Shown here: piece after piece, positions 1-9,306 of the stretch
Numbering within the stretch: the stretch's first letter is position 1
How the letters are laid out: each line of letters opens with the position of its first letter
NCBI GenBank assembly: GCA_964472285.1
Contig: CAYYJP010000002.1
Location: 1-37,550 of the forward strand
Source: an uncultured Gammaproteobacteria bacterium
GTDB taxonomy: Bacteria > Patescibacteriota > Microgenomatia > Levybacterales > UBA12049
Direction of reading: 5' to 3'
DNA: 37,550 bases
Notes under the pieces: model-generated
The model's input: only the letters and a program-made list of their open reading frames with translations
Database searches by the model: none
What the model was told of the DNA's origin: nothing
Made by a program: the position numbers and the translations under genes

Positions 1-423
1 AAGAAAGTTCCACTTCATGGAGATGGAAAAAATATCAGAGACTGGTTGTATGTAGAAGATCATGTAAGAGCAATTGAACTTATTTTAGAAAAAGGAAAAA
101 TTGGAGAAACATATTTGGTTGGTGGAATGAATAAAGGTATTTCAAATCTAGAGGTAGTTAAAAGGATATTAAAGATAATGGGAAAGTCACAGGATTATAT
201 TCATTTTGTAAAAGATAGGGCTGGAAATGACAGGAAATATGATGTTGACTGGACAAAAATAAATAAAGAGCTTGGATGGAAACCATTGCACGATTTTGAT
301 CAGTGGCTTAAAGAAACAATTGATTGGTATATTGAAAATAGAAGTTGGTGGGCAAAGATAAAAGCAGAAGATTATAAAGAAATTCTTCATAATAATTTGG
401 GAGGAAATATTGACCAATTGTGA
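1..423 (+). CDS. rfbB: dTDP-glucose 4,6-dehydratase, C-terminal part (5' end outside the window)
   Basis: Frame 1 is open from base 1 (KKVPLHGDGKNIRDWLYVEDH...), so the listed 46..423 ORF starts at an internal Met. The HGDG-x-RDWLYVEDH block and the YIENRSWW tail are typical of RmlB/RfbB SDR dehydratases. The TGA stop overlaps the GTG start of the next gene (GTGA). Confidence 0.85.
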   Translation, partial: KKVPLHGDGKNIRDWLYVEDHVRAIELILEKGKIGETYLVGGMNKGISNLEVVKRILKIMGKSQDYIHFVKDRAGNDRKYDVDWTKINKELGWKPLHDFDQWLKETIDWYIENRSWWAKIKAEDYKEILHNNLGGNIDQL

Positions 424-1289
424 AAATTTTAGGAACTGGATTAAATGGTTTAATTGGCTCAAGGATTACAGAGCTTCTAGATAATAAGTATGAGTTTGAA
501 AATATAAGTAGATCTACAGGTGTCGATATCGTAAACTACGAATCTGTTTTAAATGCAATTTCTTCTTCAGACTCAAAGATTGTACTTCATACAGCAGCCC
601 ATACCGATGTAAAAGTGGCGGAAAAAGAAAAAGATCTTAGAGAGGAAAGCCAGTGTTGGAAAATAAATGTAGTTGGTACTCAAAACGTTGCAAAAGCTTG
701 TAGTGAAACTGGAAAAAAATTAATTCATGTTTCAACTGACATGGTAATTGGTGGAGATAATATGCCAGAGAACGGATTTGGGGAAGACGCCCAATATAAC
801 CCCCTAAGCTTTTATGCTATTACAAAAGCCCAGGCAGAAAAAGTAGTACAAAACCTTTCAACGCCTTGGTTAATTATGAGAACAGCCTATCCCTATAGAG
901 CTTCATTTGTAAAACCAGATTTTGTAAGATTTTTTAAAGAATGGCTTTTTAGCGGTAAGAAAATTTCAGTATTAGAAGATAGAATTATTTCTCCAACCTT
1001 TATTGATGATTTAGCAAAAGCCCTAGATGCTTTAATTGAAAAAGATGCATCAGGAATTTACAATACAGTTGGTAGTCAAATACTTAGTGTTTACGATGCA
1101 GTAATATTAGTTGCAAAGGCATTCAATCTTGATACTAATTTAGTAAGCAAAACAACAAGAAAACAGTTTTTAGTAGGTCGTCCACCTGAGCCCTTTTCAT
1201 CAGCTTTAAACAATGATAAAATTAGGGAGCTTGGTGTAGAGATGAATACATTAACGCAAGGTTTAGAAATTATTAAAACACAAATATGA
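420..1289 (+). CDS. rfbD: RmlD-type SDR, probable dTDP-4-dehydrorhamnose reductase
   Basis: The GTG start overlaps the rfbB stop. It has an N-terminal Rossmann glycine motif (GTGLNGLIGS), an STD...YAITK (YxxxK) catalytic pattern, about 290 aa, and sits directly after rfbB. Placement within the SDR superfamily is by resemblance only. Confidence 0.6.
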   Translation: MKILGTGLNGLIGSRITELLDNKYEFENISRSTGVDIVNYESVLNAISSSDSKIVLHTAAHTDVKVAEKEKDLREESQCWKINVVGTQNVAKACSETGKKLIHVSTDMVIGGDNMPENGFGEDAQYNPLSFYAITKAQAEKVVQNLSTPWLIMRTAYPYRASFVKPDFVRFFKEWLFSGKKISVLEDRIISPTFIDDLAKALDALIEKDASGIYNTVGSQILSVYDAVILVAKAFNLDTNLVSKTTRKQFLVGRPPEPFSSALNNDKIRELGVEMNTLTQGLEIIKTQI

Positions 1290-2578
1290 CAATAACTTTT
1301 ATTGGACACGGATACGTAGGATTAGTTACTGCAGCAGTTTTTGCAGATTTAGGAAATACAGTTTGGGTTATTGGACATACTGAGGAAAAAATTAAAAATC
1401 TCCAAAAGGGAATAATCCCTATCTATGAACCAGGTCTTGCTGAGGTGGTAAAAAGAAATGTAGCCGCAGGAAGACTGTTGTTTACTCTAGATTATGACAA
1501 AGCAATTCCAGATTCAAAAGTAATATTTATTGCAGTTGGAACTCCACCTAAAGAAAATGGAGAAGCAGATCTTTCTGTTGTTTTCCAAGTAGCACAAAAT
1601 ATTGGAAAACATCTAGATGGTTATAGTGTAGTGGTAACTAAAAGTACGGTTCCTGTAGGAACTAATAAGAAAACAAGAGAGATTATTGAAAAAGTAAAGA
1701 AAGAAAGAGCCGAATTTGATCTTGCATCTGTTCCTGAATTCTTAAGAGAAGGACAAGCAATTTCAGATACCCTACATCCAGATAGAATAGTAATAGGAAC
1801 AGATAGCCAAAAAGCTCAAGATCTTCTTATAGAACTTCATGAGCCAATTGATGGAAACTATGTTTTATCAAATATTGAAACTGCTGAAATGATTAAGTAC
1901 GCTGCTAATGCATTCCTTGCTACAAAAATTTCTTTTTCAAACGCAATTGCTAAGCTTAGTGAATTATCAAATGCAGACGGGTTAAAGGTGTTAGAGGGAA
2001 TTGGTCTTGATAAGAGAATTGGAAATCAGTTTCTTGCTCCTGGGGCAGGTTATGGTGGAAGTTGTTTTCCAAAAGATGTTAAAGCATTAATAGCAATAGC
2101 AAGCTCTTATGGGTATGATTTTTCTCTTCTTAAAGATGTAGATAAGGTAAATAAAGATGCAATAGATGATGTTGTAAAAAAAGCAAAGAAACTTTTAGGA
2201 GAAAAAATAAATGGGGCAACAATTGCAATACTTGGTTTATCTTTTAAGCCAAATACGGATGATATGAGAGATGCTCCTTCAATATCTATTATTAATGATT
2301 TGAAAAAAATGGGTGCAAAAATCAAAGCGTATGATCCAGTTTCAATGGAAAATGCTAAGAGGATTTTTTCAGGAGTTGAACTTTGTGAAGATTCATATTC
2401 AGCTGCAAAAGATGCAGATTTACTAATAGTTGTAACAGAATGGAATGAATTTAAGCAATTGGATTTATCAAAAATAAAAAATGTCATGAAAAATCCAGTA
2501 ATTTTAGATGCAAGAAATATCTACAACCCCTTGGAAGTTAAAAGGTTAGATTTTACCTATCAAGGTGTAGGAAGATAA
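1286..2578 (+). CDS. ugd: UDP-glucose 6-dehydrogenase
   Basis: ATGA start/stop overlap with the upstream gene. It has the GHGYVGL Rossmann motif, the GGSCFPKD catalytic-Cys motif and an LGLSFKPNTDDMRD C-terminal UDP-binding domain, at 430 aa. Confidence 0.9.
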   Translation: MTITFIGHGYVGLVTAAVFADLGNTVWVIGHTEEKIKNLQKGIIPIYEPGLAEVVKRNVAAGRLLFTLDYDKAIPDSKVIFIAVGTPPKENGEADLSVVFQVAQNIGKHLDGYSVVVTKSTVPVGTNKKTREIIEKVKKERAEFDLASVPEFLREGQAISDTLHPDRIVIGTDSQKAQDLLIELHEPIDGNYVLSNIETAEMIKYAANAFLATKISFSNAIAKLSELSNADGLKVLEGIGLDKRIGNQFLAPGAGYGGSCFPKDVKALIAIASSYGYDFSLLKDVDKVNKDAIDDVVKKAKKLLGEKINGATIAILGLSFKPNTDDMRDAPSISIINDLKKMGAKIKAYDPVSMENAKRIFSGVELCEDSYSAAKDADLLIVVTEWNEFKQLDLSKIKNVMKNPVILDARNIYNPLEVKRLDFTYQGVGR

Positions 2579-3534
2579 TGAATAAAAAAATTCTTATTAC
2601 AGGTATTTCAGGATTTGCAGGAAATTATCTTGCTCGCTTACTTCTTGAGCAAGAAGGCGTTATATTAGCTGGCACATATCATAATCAAATAGGTGCAGCA
2701 CTTTCAGATATTGCCCCCAATCTAGAACTTTATCAGCTTGATTTAATGGACTATGAAAAAGTAGTAGAGGTAATAGAAAAGTCTAAGCCTGACGAAATTT
2801 ATCATCTTGCAGCTCTTGCTTCTGCTGCCAAAAGCTTTGAAAACCCCTCATTAGTAGTAACAAATAATATAACTTCTCAATTAAATCTTTTTGAAGCAGT
2901 AAGAAAAACTAAATTAAATCCTAAGATAATGATTATTTCATCTGCAGAGGTTTATGGAATTGTTAGTCCAAGTGATCTTCCAGTAGACGAAGAAACACCG
3001 CTTAGACCAGCAAGTCCTTATGCTATATCCAAAATAGCACAGGATTACATGGGTCTTCAATATAATATTTCATACAATCTAAATATTATTAGAGTAAGAC
3101 CTTTTAATCATATTGGTCCTGGACAAACAGACCAATTTGCAACTAGCTCTTTTGCTAAAAAAATAGCTGAAATTGAAAGCGGGAAAAGAGAACCTATACT
3201 TACTGTTGGAAATCTAGACGCTAAAAGAGACTTTACAGATGTTAAAGATATGGTTAAAGCATATGTATTACTAATGGAAAAGGGAACAGCAGGTGAGGTT
3301 TACAATATTGGCTCAGGTAAATCTTATAAAATGTCTGAAGTTTTAGATATTCTTCTTTCTTTTAGTAATGCAAAAATTAAGGTTGAAGTTGATCCTAATC
3401 TTCTTCGTCCAAGTGATAATCCAGAGCTTTTATGTGATAGCACTAAAGTTAAAAACTTAACAAATTGGGCACCTGAAATAAAATTAGAAAAAACTTTAGA
3501 AGAAATACTTGAATTTTGGAGAAAAAACGTTTAG
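2578..3534 (+). CDS. rmd: GDP-4-dehydro-6-deoxy-D-mannose reductase (GDP-D-rhamnose forming)
   Basis: TAATG overlap with ugd. It has ITGISGFAGNYL, PYAISK and FNHIGPGQ...FAKKIAEIE...VGNLDAKRDFTDVKD...LRPSD blocks, which match the pattern I recall for characterised Rmd proteins. It lies tail-to-tail with gmd. Confidence 0.8.
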   Translation: MNKKILITGISGFAGNYLARLLLEQEGVILAGTYHNQIGAALSDIAPNLELYQLDLMDYEKVVEVIEKSKPDEIYHLAALASAAKSFENPSLVVTNNITSQLNLFEAVRKTKLNPKIMIISSAEVYGIVSPSDLPVDEETPLRPASPYAISKIAQDYMGLQYNISYNLNIIRVRPFNHIGPGQTDQFATSSFAKKIAEIESGKREPILTVGNLDAKRDFTDVKDMVKAYVLLMEKGTAGEVYNIGSGKSYKMSEVLDILLSFSNAKIKVEVDPNLLRPSDNPELLCDSTKVKNLTNWAPEIKLEKTLEEILEFWRKNV

Positions 3535-4541
3535 TGAATTTTAAAACGTTCTAAATCTGCGTCTACCATTATTTTCATAAGCTCCTCAAATGATGTTTTT
3601 GGTTCCCATCCTAGATCTTTTTTAGCAAGAGAATAATCGCCTTTTAATTCTTTAATTTCAGTTGGTCTAAGTAGTTTTTCATTTGAAATAACATGATCTT
3701 CCCAATTTAATCCAACATGTGCAAATGCAATTTTACATGCGTCTTTTACAGAATAGGTTGTGTTAGTTCCTATAACGTAGTCTTTAGGTTTTTCATTTTG
3801 TAGCATAAGCCACATTGCTTCTACATAATCTTTTGCATATCCCCAGTCTCTTTTTGCGTCTAAGTTTCCAAGATGTAGTTTTCCAGCTTCATCAACCAAT
3901 GGCTCACCAAGTTCATTTAATGGAGGATTTTTAACACCATTTTTAATGCAAGCTGCTGCTGCTGTAATTTTTCTTGTTACAAAATGTAGACTTCTTCTTG
4001 GGCTTTCATGGTTAAATAGAATACCTCCGCAAGCAAACATGCCGTAAGATTCCCTGTAGCATCTTGTCATCATATAGGCATAAGCTTTTGCTATTCCGTA
4101 GGGATTATTTGCATCGCAAAGAGTTTCCTCTGTTGCACTATCAGCTGCAATATTCCCATAAATTTCCCTACTTGTTGCTTGATAGAATCTAGCATCTGGA
4201 GCAAAATGTCTTACTGCTTCCATAGCCCTAACTGGTCCAAGAGCAGTTACCTCACCTGTGTAGAAAGGATGGGTCCAGCTGTCTGCAGGAATACTTTGAG
4301 CGGCAATGTTATAGACTTCATCAGGTTTACTTTTTCTAACTACACTTGCAATACTTTCCATATCAATAAGGTCTGCAGCTTCAATTTTTATCTTTCCATA
4401 TAAGTGGGTAATATTTTCTTGATAAAAGTTTGTAGTATGTCTAATAGTTCCTGTAACCTCGTAGCCCTTATCTAATAAAAGCTCAGCAAGGTATGAACCA
4501 TCTTGAGAAGAAACCCCGATAATAAGTGCCTTTTTAGCCAT
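3531..4541 (-). CDS. gmd: GDP-mannose 4,6-dehydratase
   Basis: MAKKALIIGVSSQDGSYLAELLLDKGYEV..., YGIAK, FNHESPRR, and LGNLDAKRDWGYAKDYV are canonical Gmd motifs. Confidence 0.95.
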   Translation of the reverse strand: MAKKALIIGVSSQDGSYLAELLLDKGYEVTGTIRHTTNFYQENITHLYGKIKIEAADLIDMESIASVVRKSKPDEVYNIAAQSIPADSWTHPFYTGEVTALGPVRAMEAVRHFAPDARFYQATSREIYGNIAADSATEETLCDANNPYGIAKAYAYMMTRCYRESYGMFACGGILFNHESPRRSLHFVTRKITAAAACIKNGVKNPPLNELGEPLVDEAGKLHLGNLDAKRDWGYAKDYVEAMWLMLQNEKPKDYVIGTNTTYSVKDACKIAFAHVGLNWEDHVISNEKLLRPTEIKELKGDYSLAKKDLGWEPKTSFEELMKIMVDADLERFKIH

Positions 4542-4611
4542 AGATAATCTAGATATAACTTTATCAAAAACTCATACTTTTCACAATAGCAATTTTAAGC
4601 TACAATTAAAT

Positions 4612-5574
4612 ATGGTTAATATGGATACATGTTTGGTTGCCGGAGGCGCTGGATTTATAGGAACACATCTTTGCAAAAGACTTCTTGAAAAAAATTTAAA
4701 AGTCATCTGTGTGGATAATTTTATCAGTAGCTCAAGAGAGAATATTGATAAGTTAAGTAAAAACCCAAATTTTTCGTTTATAGAGCATGATGTAATAAAG
4801 CCATTACCAGAAGATTTAAAGGTAGACTACGTATTTCATCTTGCTTCACCTGCTTCTCCAAATCACCACAGTAAAATTAGTTATCATGCACTTCCTTTAG
4901 AAACAATGCTTGTTAATACAACAGGAACATTTGAACTACTTAAATTTACCCAAAAAAATAATGCTAAGTTTTTGTTTACTTCAACATCTGAAATATATGG
5001 AGATCCTCTGGAGCATCCTCAAAATGAAGAATATAGAGGAAACGTATCAACACTAGGCCCACGCTCTGTATATGATGAGTCAAAAAGATTTGGGGAAACA
5101 ATTACGGCTTATTTTGTAAGAAGTCATGATGTTGACGCAAGGATTGCAAGAATTTTTAATACATACGGTCCTTTGATGATGAAAGAAGATAGAAGAATGA
5201 TAGTTGATTTTATAAATCAGGCAATAGAGGGTAAGCCAATAACTGTTTTTGGTGATGGAAATCAAACTAGATCTCTTTGCTTTGTAGAAGATTTAGTTGA
5301 AGGTTTAATTTTATTAATGTTTCATCCTGATACAAAAGGAGAGGTAGTAAATTTAGGATCTGAAGATGAACACAGTGTTTTAGAATATGCAAATCTTATT
5401 AAAAAATTAACAAATTCAGATTCAGAAATAACTCTTTCTGAAAGCTTACCAGTTGATGATCCGCATAAAAGAAAACCTGATATTGCAAAAGCAAAGAGGT
5501 TATTAGATTGGTCGCCAAAAGTAAATTTGGAAGACGGAGTTTTGCAAACAATAGAATATTTCAAGAGTTTATGA
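4612..5574 (+). CDS. uxs: UDP-glucuronate decarboxylase (UDP-xylose synthase)-like SDR
   Basis: GGAGFIGTHLC, HLASPASP, YDESKR, ARIFNTYGP, R-SLCFVEDLV and DPHKRKPDI-KAK are typical of the UXS/ArnA-decarboxylase family. A TACAAT box at 4601-4606 lies just upstream of the ATG. Confidence 0.8.
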   Translation: MVNMDTCLVAGGAGFIGTHLCKRLLEKNLKVICVDNFISSSRENIDKLSKNPNFSFIEHDVIKPLPEDLKVDYVFHLASPASPNHHSKISYHALPLETMLVNTTGTFELLKFTQKNNAKFLFTSTSEIYGDPLEHPQNEEYRGNVSTLGPRSVYDESKRFGETITAYFVRSHDVDARIARIFNTYGPLMMKEDRRMIVDFINQAIEGKPITVFGDGNQTRSLCFVEDLVEGLILLMFHPDTKGEVVNLGSEDEHSVLEYANLIKKLTNSDSEITLSESLPVDDPHKRKPDIAKAKRLLDWSPKVNLEDGVLQTIEYFKSL

Positions 5575-5590
5575 TTTAATTAAGTATACG

Positions 5591-6715
5591 ATGAATGTAG
5601 TTATAGTTATTCCCACATATAATGAAGAAGGTAATATTGAGCGGTTAATTGATATTCTAGAAAAAGAAGTTTTCCCCACGATTCAAAACCACAAGATGTC
5701 TATTTTGGTTGCTGATGATAGTTCTCCTGATAAAACAGAGAAAATAGTAAGGGAATACATGCAAAAATATGACAATATTGATATTTCTATTGGAAAAAAA
5801 GAGGGTCTTGGCGCAGCCTATCTTAGGGGAATGAATGTAGCAGTTGAAAAAATGAACGCAGAGATCATGTTTGAAATGGATGCGGATTTATTCCATGACC
5901 CATTTAAAATTCCAGAATTTTTAAAAAAGGTTGAGCAGGGTTTTGATTTTGTAGTGGGTACGAGATATAGTCAGGGGGGCTCAATTCCAAAAGACTGGGG
6001 AATGCACAGAAAAATAATGTCTGTATACGGAAACATGTTTATCCGTTTACTATTTGGTAGAAAAGAAATTCATGATTGGACTGGCGGATATAGAGCAGTA
6101 AAAAAAGAAGTTTTCCTAAGAGAAAAGTCTAAGCTCGATAAGTTTACTGGATATACATTTCAGGTTGGATTTTTATATAACGCAGTTATGGATGGCTATA
6201 AAGTTGCAGAAGTTCCATTTGCTGCAAAAGATAGAACTAAAGGAAAGTCAAAAATACCAGGTATTGAAACAATCATAAAAACTCTTGTTTTTGTTATTAC
6301 TGTAAGACTTGTTCACGGTTCATTTGGCAAGTTTTTAATTGTAGGGGGTATTGGTTTTTTCTTACAACTTATTGTTTATAGACTATTAATTAATTCTACT
6401 CTTCCTCTTGGAGTATCCAATCAATTGTCGGCTCAGCTTGCAATTTTTTCAAACTATAATTTAAACAATCTCTGGACTTTTAAGAAAGAAAAATCAGGAA
6501 ATTCCTCATCTTATCTTAAAAAAATGGCAGCTTTTTTTGTAACTTCAAATACAGGAGTATTTTTCATTCAGTCTGGTCTTATTCAGCTTGGAGAAATATT
6601 GTTTGGCAGAGAATTCCCGTTGCCATATGTCTATTTTGTTTTAGCAACAGGAGTACTGCTTATTTATAATTTTACAATGTATAGATTTGTAATCTGGCGC
6701 AAAAAACCTCATTAA
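5591..6715 (+). CDS. GT2 polyprenol-phosphate glycosyltransferase (DPM1/GtrB/ArnC-like) fused to a C-terminal GtrA-like 4-TM domain
   Basis: N-terminus is VVIVIPTYNEEGNI...DDSSPD...MDADL (GT2 DxD). The C-terminal ~130 aa (FGKFLIVGGIGFFLQLIVY...NNLWTF...) is GtrA-family-like. Confidence 0.8.
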   Translation: MNVVIVIPTYNEEGNIERLIDILEKEVFPTIQNHKMSILVADDSSPDKTEKIVREYMQKYDNIDISIGKKEGLGAAYLRGMNVAVEKMNAEIMFEMDADLFHDPFKIPEFLKKVEQGFDFVVGTRYSQGGSIPKDWGMHRKIMSVYGNMFIRLLFGRKEIHDWTGGYRAVKKEVFLREKSKLDKFTGYTFQVGFLYNAVMDGYKVAEVPFAAKDRTKGKSKIPGIETIIKTLVFVITVRLVHGSFGKFLIVGGIGFFLQLIVYRLLINSTLPLGVSNQLSAQLAIFSNYNLNNLWTFKKEKSGNSSSYLKKMAAFFVTSNTGVFFIQSGLIQLGEILFGREFPLPYVYFVLATGVLLIYNFTMYRFVIWRKKPH

Positions 6716-8304
6716 TGAATAGACTTAAATCATTTTTCAAATCTTTAAAAACTTTAGACGGTCTTAGTCTAATTGGTATTCTATTGCTTGCTGCTTTTTT
6801 TAGGTTATATAAAATTGCTGATTACATGACTTTTTTAGGAGATGAAGGAAGAGATGTTTTAAAAGTTTATGAAATTTTACACGGGCAATTTACACTTTTA
6901 GGTCCAACATCATCAGTAGGAGGTTTTTTTCTTGGTTCCATATACTACTATCTTATGGCCCCTTTTTTATTCTTGTTTAACTACGATCCAGTTGGTCCTG
7001 CAGTTATGGTAGCGCTTTTTGGAATTGCTACGGTTTTTTTACTTTATAAAGTATCAGATAGGTTTTTTGGAAAAAGAGTTGCACTATTTGCAAGCTTAAT
7101 CTATGCAATTTCTCCCTTGATAGTTTCTTATTCAAGATCTTCTTGGAATCCAAATCCTCTTCCTTTTTTCTCGCTTCTTACTCTCGTTATAGTCTTAGAA
7201 GCTCTTAGAAAAAACAATCTTAAACTCTTTTTTGCATCAGGAATATTATTTGGAATTTCAATGCAACTGCATTACTTAGCACTTTTCTTAGGAGTAGTAA
7301 TATTTTTCTACATTTTATTCACAACTCTATTTAAATCATTTAATAAAGAAACAATTATTAATTTAGTAAAAAGGTATCTCACGTTTTTCGTAGGATTTTT
7401 AATTGGTTGGTCTCCATTTCTTGTCTTTGAGTTAAGGCATAATTTCTTAAATTTTAGAAACATTTTTGAATTCGTTTTACATTCAGGGAATACAGGAACC
7501 AATGAAAGTTTTCTTAAAGTAATTGGAGATGTGTTTTTCAGATTATTCGGAAGGGGAATGTTTGCCTATCCTGCTCCAGAACAACTTAATTGGTTTAGTC
7601 CTTTGATAATAAATACTTGGACAATCTTAATATTAGTAGTGGCAGTTTTGTCTACAGTATTACTTATTTTTAATTTTTATAAATCATTAAAAGAAAAAGA
7701 CACAAAATTTTATATTTATTCACTTCTAATTTTCTGGCTTTTTGTTTCAATTTTACTTTTTGGATTTTATAAAAAACAAATTTATGATTATTACTTTGCT
7801 TTCATGTTTCCCCTTCCATTTATTTTGGTTTCCTTACTGTTTAATTTTATTTGGGAGAATAAAAAATATTTAAAAAACTTTTCCAAATGGGTCGCATTAA
7901 TAATTTTCGTAGTTATCTTTCTAATTAATTTACAAGGGTTTCCTTTTAGATATCCTCCAAATAGACAGTTAAATCAAATGAGAACAATAGCTGATTTTAT
8001 AATGACAAAAACAAATGCAAAACCTTTCAATTTTGCCATAATTACGGGAGGAAATAGCGACCATGCTTATAGATATTTCTTTACTGTTTGGAATAATCCT
8101 TCTGTAACAATTCAATATGAGGGGGTTGATCCGGAAAGAGAATCTGTTACAGATCAGCTTTTTGTTGTTTGTGAAAGTATTCCATGCGAGCCAGTTGGTA
8201 ATTCACTCTGGGAAATAGCAGGTTTTGGAAGAGCAGAGATTGAAGACAGTTGGGATGTATCTGTATCTAAGGTGTATAAGTTAGTACACTATGAAGAAAA
8301 ATAA
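6715..8304 (+). CDS. GT-C fold glycosyltransferase (ArnT/PMT, GT39/GT83-like), polytopic membrane protein
   Basis: ATGA-type overlap with the upstream GT2 gene. It has more than 10 predicted hydrophobic helices, an acidic GDEGRD motif in the first loop as in ArnT/PMT enzymes, and a C-terminal soluble domain. Confidence 0.7.
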   Translation: MNRLKSFFKSLKTLDGLSLIGILLLAAFFRLYKIADYMTFLGDEGRDVLKVYEILHGQFTLLGPTSSVGGFFLGSIYYYLMAPFLFLFNYDPVGPAVMVALFGIATVFLLYKVSDRFFGKRVALFASLIYAISPLIVSYSRSSWNPNPLPFFSLLTLVIVLEALRKNNLKLFFASGILFGISMQLHYLALFLGVVIFFYILFTTLFKSFNKETIINLVKRYLTFFVGFLIGWSPFLVFELRHNFLNFRNIFEFVLHSGNTGTNESFLKVIGDVFFRLFGRGMFAYPAPEQLNWFSPLIINTWTILILVVAVLSTVLLIFNFYKSLKEKDTKFYIYSLLIFWLFVSILLFGFYKKQIYDYYFAFMFPLPFILVSLLFNFIWENKKYLKNFSKWVALIIFVVIFLINLQGFPFRYPPNRQLNQMRTIADFIMTKTNAKPFNFAIITGGNSDHAYRYFFTVWNNPSVTIQYEGVDPERESVTDQLFVVCESIPCEPVGNSLWEIAGFGRAEIEDSWDVSVSKVYKLVHYEEK

Positions 8305-8428
8305 AAAGATAAGAGATGGTTTAAGAACAAAGTCTTGTCCTTTATGTCAAGCGCAAATGGGGGATATGCCAGGTAGTAGAGATGCATATTGCCCATATTG
8401 CGGATATAAAGATCCTTGTTGTGAATAG
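8291..8428 (+). CDS. 45-aa zinc-ribbon protein (CxxC...CxxC), not on the ORF track
   Basis: Hand translation gives MKKNKKIRDGLRTKSCPLCQAQMGDMPGSRDAYCPYCGYKDPCCE*. It has two CxxC pairs and overlaps the GT-C gene end by 14 nt. No clear SD. Confidence 0.35.
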   Translation: MKKNKKIRDGLRTKSCPLCQAQMGDMPGSRDAYCPYCGYKDPCCE

Positions 8429-8445
8429 CTTATTTTAATTATTCA

Positions 8446-8730
8446 ATGAAAAAAGGTTTTTACGAAAACTTTACTAAACAAGAATTGATTCTTCGTGATC
8501 ATTTAGCGATTGATAGAACTGTTTTGGCTAATGAATCTACATTTCTTGCATACATTCGTACCTCTCTTGCAGTAACCGCAGCTGGTGCTACTTTAATTCA
8601 TTTCTTCACAGAATTTTATATTCAATTTATAGGTTTAGCTCTGATAGTTTTGGGAGTATTTATTCTTTCTTGGGGATATAGAAGATTTAAAAAAATGGAA
8701 CAAGAGATTAAAAGAATAAAAAGACAATAA
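8446..8730 (+). CDS. DUF202 (YidH-like) small membrane protein
   Basis: The LANESTFLAYIRTSLAV motif plus two to three TM helices is the typical DUF202 signature. Confidence 0.75.
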   Translation: MKKGFYENFTKQELILRDHLAIDRTVLANESTFLAYIRTSLAVTAAGATLIHFFTEFYIQFIGLALIVLGVFILSWGYRRFKKMEQEIKRIKRQ

Positions 8731-8744
8731 ATCTTTTTCTTTAC

Positions 8745-8778
8745 AAAAAACCCCTTCCAAATTGGCGAGGGGTTTTTT
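8745..8778. terminator. Bidirectional intrinsic terminator
   Basis: AAAAAACCCCT (8745-8755), a 12-nt loop, then AGGGGTTTTTT (8768-8778). The A-run/T-run symmetry sits between convergent genes. Confidence 0.75.
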
Positions 8779-8801
8779 ATTATCTCTTTAAGACGAGAAA
8801 T

Positions 8802-8945
8802 CTATGCAGCTCCGATCTTGTACATTCCTGTACCACAGACTGGACACTTTCCTTTAAGAGCTGGTTTACCATTTTTCATAGTTACCTTCTCTGCGTTAGG
8901 ATCGTCTCTTTTTTCTCTACATTTAACACAATACATTGTTGCCAT
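8802..8945 (-). CDS. 47-aa zinc-ribbon protein, DUF5679-like, not on the ORF track
   Basis: Hand translation gives MATMYCVKCREKRDDPNAEKVTMKNGKPALKGKCPVCGTGMYKIGAA*. A strong SD, GGAGGTGA (minus strand, 8953-8960), lies 7 nt upstream of the ATG. Confidence 0.75.
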   Translation of the reverse strand: MATMYCVKCREKRDDPNAEKVTMKNGKPALKGKCPVCGTGMYKIGAA

Positions 8946-8967
8946 AGGTTAGTCACCTCCTTTCAAA

Positions 8968-9243
8968 TTAATAAGATATTCCTGGAATCTTAATCAAGTG
9001 TATTTTTAATGAGATGAATAATAAAATTTGGATTGCAATAATTGATGCGCTAAGAACAAAGGTTTTCGTTAAGTCTTTAGCAAGATAAGGATAGCTCGAA
9101 TAGGTTGTCACAACAGGCTTTTTTGTTTCAATTTTGGTAAAGGCGGGTTTTGTCTCAAGGGTATTGAGTATTTCTTGATGTGTAAAATTATGGCGTAAAT
9201 CTGCAAGTTTCTTCTGTTCTCTTGTTTTTCTCTTTTTAGCCAT
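8968..9243 (-). CDS. Hypothetical small protein with a basic N-terminus and one C-terminal TM helix
   Basis: ORF with a Lys/Arg-rich N-terminus and a hydrophobic C-terminus. No family recognised. Confidence 0.5.
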   Translation of the reverse strand: MAKKRKTREQKKLADLRHNFTHQEILNTLETKPAFTKIETKKPVVTTYSSYPYLAKDLTKTFVLSASIIAIQILLFISLKIHLIKIPGISY

Positions 9244-9265
9244 GTATAGAGGCTAGATTACACTA

Positions 9266-9295
9266 TTGACATCATGGCTGTCAAGAGGCTAATAT
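9266..9295 (+). promoter_or_regulatory. Sigma70-like promoter (TTGACA-18-TAATAT)
   Basis: TTGACA at 9266-9271 and TAATAT at 9290-9295, with the ATG 11 nt downstream at 9307. Confidence 0.45.
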
Positions 9296-9306
9296 AAGTA
9301 AATATT

